Assembly (NCBI GenBank): GCA_028712175.1 | Contig: JAQTQQ010000004.1 | Location: 2,180 to 66,179, forward strand | Direction of reading: 5' to 3' | DNA length: 64,000 nucleotides | DNA from: Candidatus Omnitrophota bacterium | GTDB lineage: Bacteria; Omnitrophota; Gorgyraeia; Gygaellales; Profunditerraquicolaceae | Shown: in pieces, positions 61,666-64,000 of the stretch | How the letters are laid out: each line of letters starts with the position of its first letter | How positions within the stretch are numbered: position 1 is the first letter of the stretch | Program-made: the position numbers and the translations under genes | The notes under the pieces: generated by a model | The model's input: only the letters and a program-made list of their open reading frames with translations | Databases searched by the model: none | What the model was told of the DNA's origin: nothing

Positions 61666-62745
61666 TCATCTCCTTAATTTAACCTCACGCAATAAAATAC
61701 GCACACAATCTTTTGCTAATACTTTCTTAACAATCTTGCCGCGCGAAAATAGCATTCCTTCGTTTTTACCGAAAGCAACTCCTAAATCTGCGCCTTTTGC
61801 TTCTTGCGGGCCGTTAACCACGCAACCCATTACCGCTATTTTCAAAGGATCTTGAGATCTTTTGCGTTTCCAGCCGGCCAACTCATTTTCTAATTCTTTA
61901 ACTATTTTTATCAGGTCTACTTCGCAGCGTCCGCAAGTAGGACAACTGATTATCTGAACGCCACAACTGTAGAAACCCAATGATTCCAATATGCATTTGG
62001 CTGCTTTTACCTCTTCTACCGGGTTATCCGTAAGGGACACCCTTATTGTATCACCAATACCCTCCAGTAGTAAAGCGCCTATTGCGACGCTAGACTTAAT
62101 AATACCGCTATAAGGGGAACCGGTGGCTGTAACCCCCAAGTGCAGCGGGTATTCGCAGAGGGATGCTATCTTACGATAGCTCTCAACTGTGTCCAAAACA
62201 TTGTTAGCTTTAAGCGAAATTACTATATTATTAAACTTTTGCTTCTCAATAAACTTCACATAACCTAAACAGGCAGCCACAAGCTTATCAGTCATTGAAG
62301 ATCTCTTCGGCCCTGTGTCTTTTACCGAACCGCTATTTAGCCCGATACGTAAAGGGATCTTGGCTGTTTTTAAGGCAGAGATTACCGCACTAATCTCTGC
62401 AGGCTTATCGATATTCCCCGGGTTCAGCCTAATCTTATCAACCCCGTTTTCGATAGCAGTAAGTGCCAAACGATAAGAAAAATGGATATCCGCAACCAAC
62501 GGAATTTTGGCATGAGCCTTAATTTTCTTTAAAGCCGCGCCGTCGGACGGGTCTTTAATCGCAAGGCGCACAATTTGACAACCTGCCTCTTCTAATTGTT
62601 TAATCTGCCTGAGAGTACCTTCAATATCCGAGGTTTTAGTCTTAGTCATTGATTGGATGGCAACCGGATTACCCGCTCCGATTAAGAGATTGCCTATTTT
62701 GATACCTCTGGATTTCCTTCTCTTTATTTCCATATTATTTGACAA
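61666..62745 (-). CDS. ispG: 4-hydroxy-3-methylbut-2-enyl diphosphate synthase
   Basis: 359 aa GcpE with C-terminal Fe-S cysteines (CPTCGRC). Confidence 0.92.
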   Translation of the reverse strand: MSNNMEIKRRKSRGIKIGNLLIGAGNPVAIQSMTKTKTSDIEGTLRQIKQLEEAGCQIVRLAIKDPSDGAALKKIKAHAKIPLVADIHFSYRLALTAIENGVDKIRLNPGNIDKPAEISAVISALKTAKIPLRIGLNSGSVKDTGPKRSSMTDKLVAACLGYVKFIEKQKFNNIVISLKANNVLDTVESYRKIASLCEYPLHLGVTATGSPYSGIIKSSVAIGALLLEGIGDTIRVSLTDNPVEEVKAAKCILESLGFYSCGVQIISCPTCGRCEVDLIKIVKELENELAGWKRKRSQDPLKIAVMGCVVNGPQEAKGADLGVAFGKNEGMLFSRGKIVKKVLAKDCVRILLREVKLRR

Positions 62746-63817
62746 ACAACTTACTAAGCTTATCTCCGTATAGCCTCAATATATCATTGTAAGTAACGAA
62801 TACTGCCAAGGAGATCATCAGCGTAAAACCGATATTATTAACTACCGCTTCCGTTTTAATTCCCAGGGCTTTCTTCCTCAGCTTCTCTAGGCCCAATAAA
62901 AACAGGTGCCCGCCATCCAAAATAGGCAAAGGCAGAAGATTAAATATCGCAAGGCTGACGCTTAATACTGCAATCAGGTGCAATACCGCAATTAATCCTA
63001 ACTTTGCCGCTTTAGAAGTAATAAAAAATATTCCCAGCGGCCCGGTCATCGATTCGCGCATTGACATCCTGCCGCTGACTAAACCCCAGAGCCCTTCATA
63101 GGTCATAATAGTTAAATTAACGGTTTTCTTGACCGCCAGATACGCTGACTCAAAGAAACCATGCCTTACCTCAACTATTTCATCAAAAGGAGAAATACCA
63201 ATGATCCCTAAAGCGCGCTTTTTGCCTAGCTGATCATCAAAAACCTTGTCTTTAATCAAAACGTCGAATTTCAATTCTTTATTGTTCCGCAAAACCGTTA
63301 AGGCAACGCTTGGCTTTGTTTTGCTCTCCTGAATCTTACGCTGAAGCTCCTCCCAAAAATCTACCTTTTTTCCGTCAACCAAAATAATTTTATCTCCAAC
63401 TGTAAGCCCCGCTTCCTTGGCGCCATAACCATCAATCAATCCGCCGACTTTTGAAGTAAGGCTGGGATAACCTATAAAAAGAATAAACCAGAAAAATAAA
63501 AACCCCAGGAGATAATTTAACAACGGGCCAAAGAAAATAATCTGGAATCTTCTTCCCGGGGCTTTTGAAAAATATTCATAATCAGCCCCCTTATATTCCG
63601 ACTGGCTGTCACCTGCCATTTTAACATATCCGCCTAAAGGGATAAGGCTTATACTATATTCGGTATCTCCCACTTTCTTTTTAAAAATCTGGGGGCCAAA
63701 CCCCAAAGAAAACTGCTCAACGCGCACCCCATTCCTGCGCGCGGCAATAAAATGTCCGAATTCATGCACAATAATAAGCAGGCTTAAAATTAATATAAAA
63801 ATAAATATCGGGATCAT
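62735..63817 (-). CDS. rseP: RIP metalloprotease RseP (site-2 protease)
   Basis: HEFGHF motif, a PDZ domain and multiple TM segments. Confidence 0.85.
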   Translation of the reverse strand: MIPIFIFILILSLLIIVHEFGHFIAARRNGVRVEQFSLGFGPQIFKKKVGDTEYSISLIPLGGYVKMAGDSQSEYKGADYEYFSKAPGRRFQIIFFGPLLNYLLGFLFFWFILFIGYPSLTSKVGGLIDGYGAKEAGLTVGDKIILVDGKKVDFWEELQRKIQESKTKPSVALTVLRNNKELKFDVLIKDKVFDDQLGKKRALGIIGISPFDEIVEVRHGFFESAYLAVKKTVNLTIMTYEGLWGLVSGRMSMRESMTGPLGIFFITSKAAKLGLIAVLHLIAVLSVSLAIFNLLPLPILDGGHLFLLGLEKLRKKALGIKTEAVVNNIGFTLMISLAVFVTYNDILRLYGDKLSKLFVK

Positions 63818-63831
63818 TTTCTAACTTAAGG

Positions 63832-64000
63832 TTAATGTACCAAGCGCATAGCTTCTTCTCTGGCCCAAGCATCGGCAAAAATTATATCCCTCAGGCTGGG
63901 GTTAACTTTATTTTCATGGCGCCGCATTACCTTCTCCACTATTTTAGGTATGGTTAAGAAATTTATTTTTCTGTTTAAGAAACTGTTAACACTCTCCTCA
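63832..64000 (-). CDS. dxr: 1-deoxy-D-xylulose 5-phosphate reductoisomerase, C-terminal fragment (5' end outside the window)
   Basis: The reverse translation ends ...PSLRDIIFADAWAREEAMRLVH*, which matches the Dxr C-terminus. The order dxr-rseP-ispG is conserved synteny. Confidence 0.7.
   Translation of the reverse strand, partial: EESVNSFLNRKINFLTIPKIVEKVMRRHENKVNPSLRDIIFADAWAREEAMRLVH

Overview
The window is a gene-dense, largely minus-strand stretch of a bacterial chromosome, roughly 40% GC. TTG, GTG and ATG starts all occur, Shine-Dalgarno motifs are present, and several promoters sit only 3-5 nt upstream of their start codon. By gene content the source is probably an uncultivated anaerobe with a streamlined genome. 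Almost all of it is housekeeping genes in tight, often overlapping operons. These include nusB-ribH-ribBA behind an FMN riboswitch, pgsA/pgpA/rimO/rodZ/ftsK, rpsO-pnp, arfB, and a trpGDCFBA operon that lacks trpE. Further genes are murA-prmC-prfA, rpmE-rho-coaE-glgA-polA, and a partial Wood-Ljungdahl cluster (acsB-metF-folD-fchA). The window ends with rplS-trmD-tgt-queA-queH, ruvB-scpA-trpS, and rimP-nusA-infB with dxr-rseP-ispG. No tRNA, rRNA, CRISPR array, integrase or transposase gene was seen. Five copies of a modular palindromic intergenic repeat family do not map to coding genes. Each copy is built from TAGCTNT/CGAACTA heptad arrays plus a GACTATAGTC-type palindrome module. Two copies flank a 66-aa zinc-ribbon membrane mini-ORF next to a helicase-nuclease gene. 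The other three sit within the trp operon (two, abutting the trpC and murA stop codons) and in the folD-metF gap of the Wood-Ljungdahl cluster. Other notable points: rsfS has no canonical start codon and probably starts at AUA after a conserved 49-aa Zn-ribbon microprotein gene. Two paralogous CpaF/TadA-type ATPase genes bracket an editing-domain-less proS with no pilus genes nearby. acsB carries an N-terminal extension and has no adjacent CODH or corrinoid protein genes.
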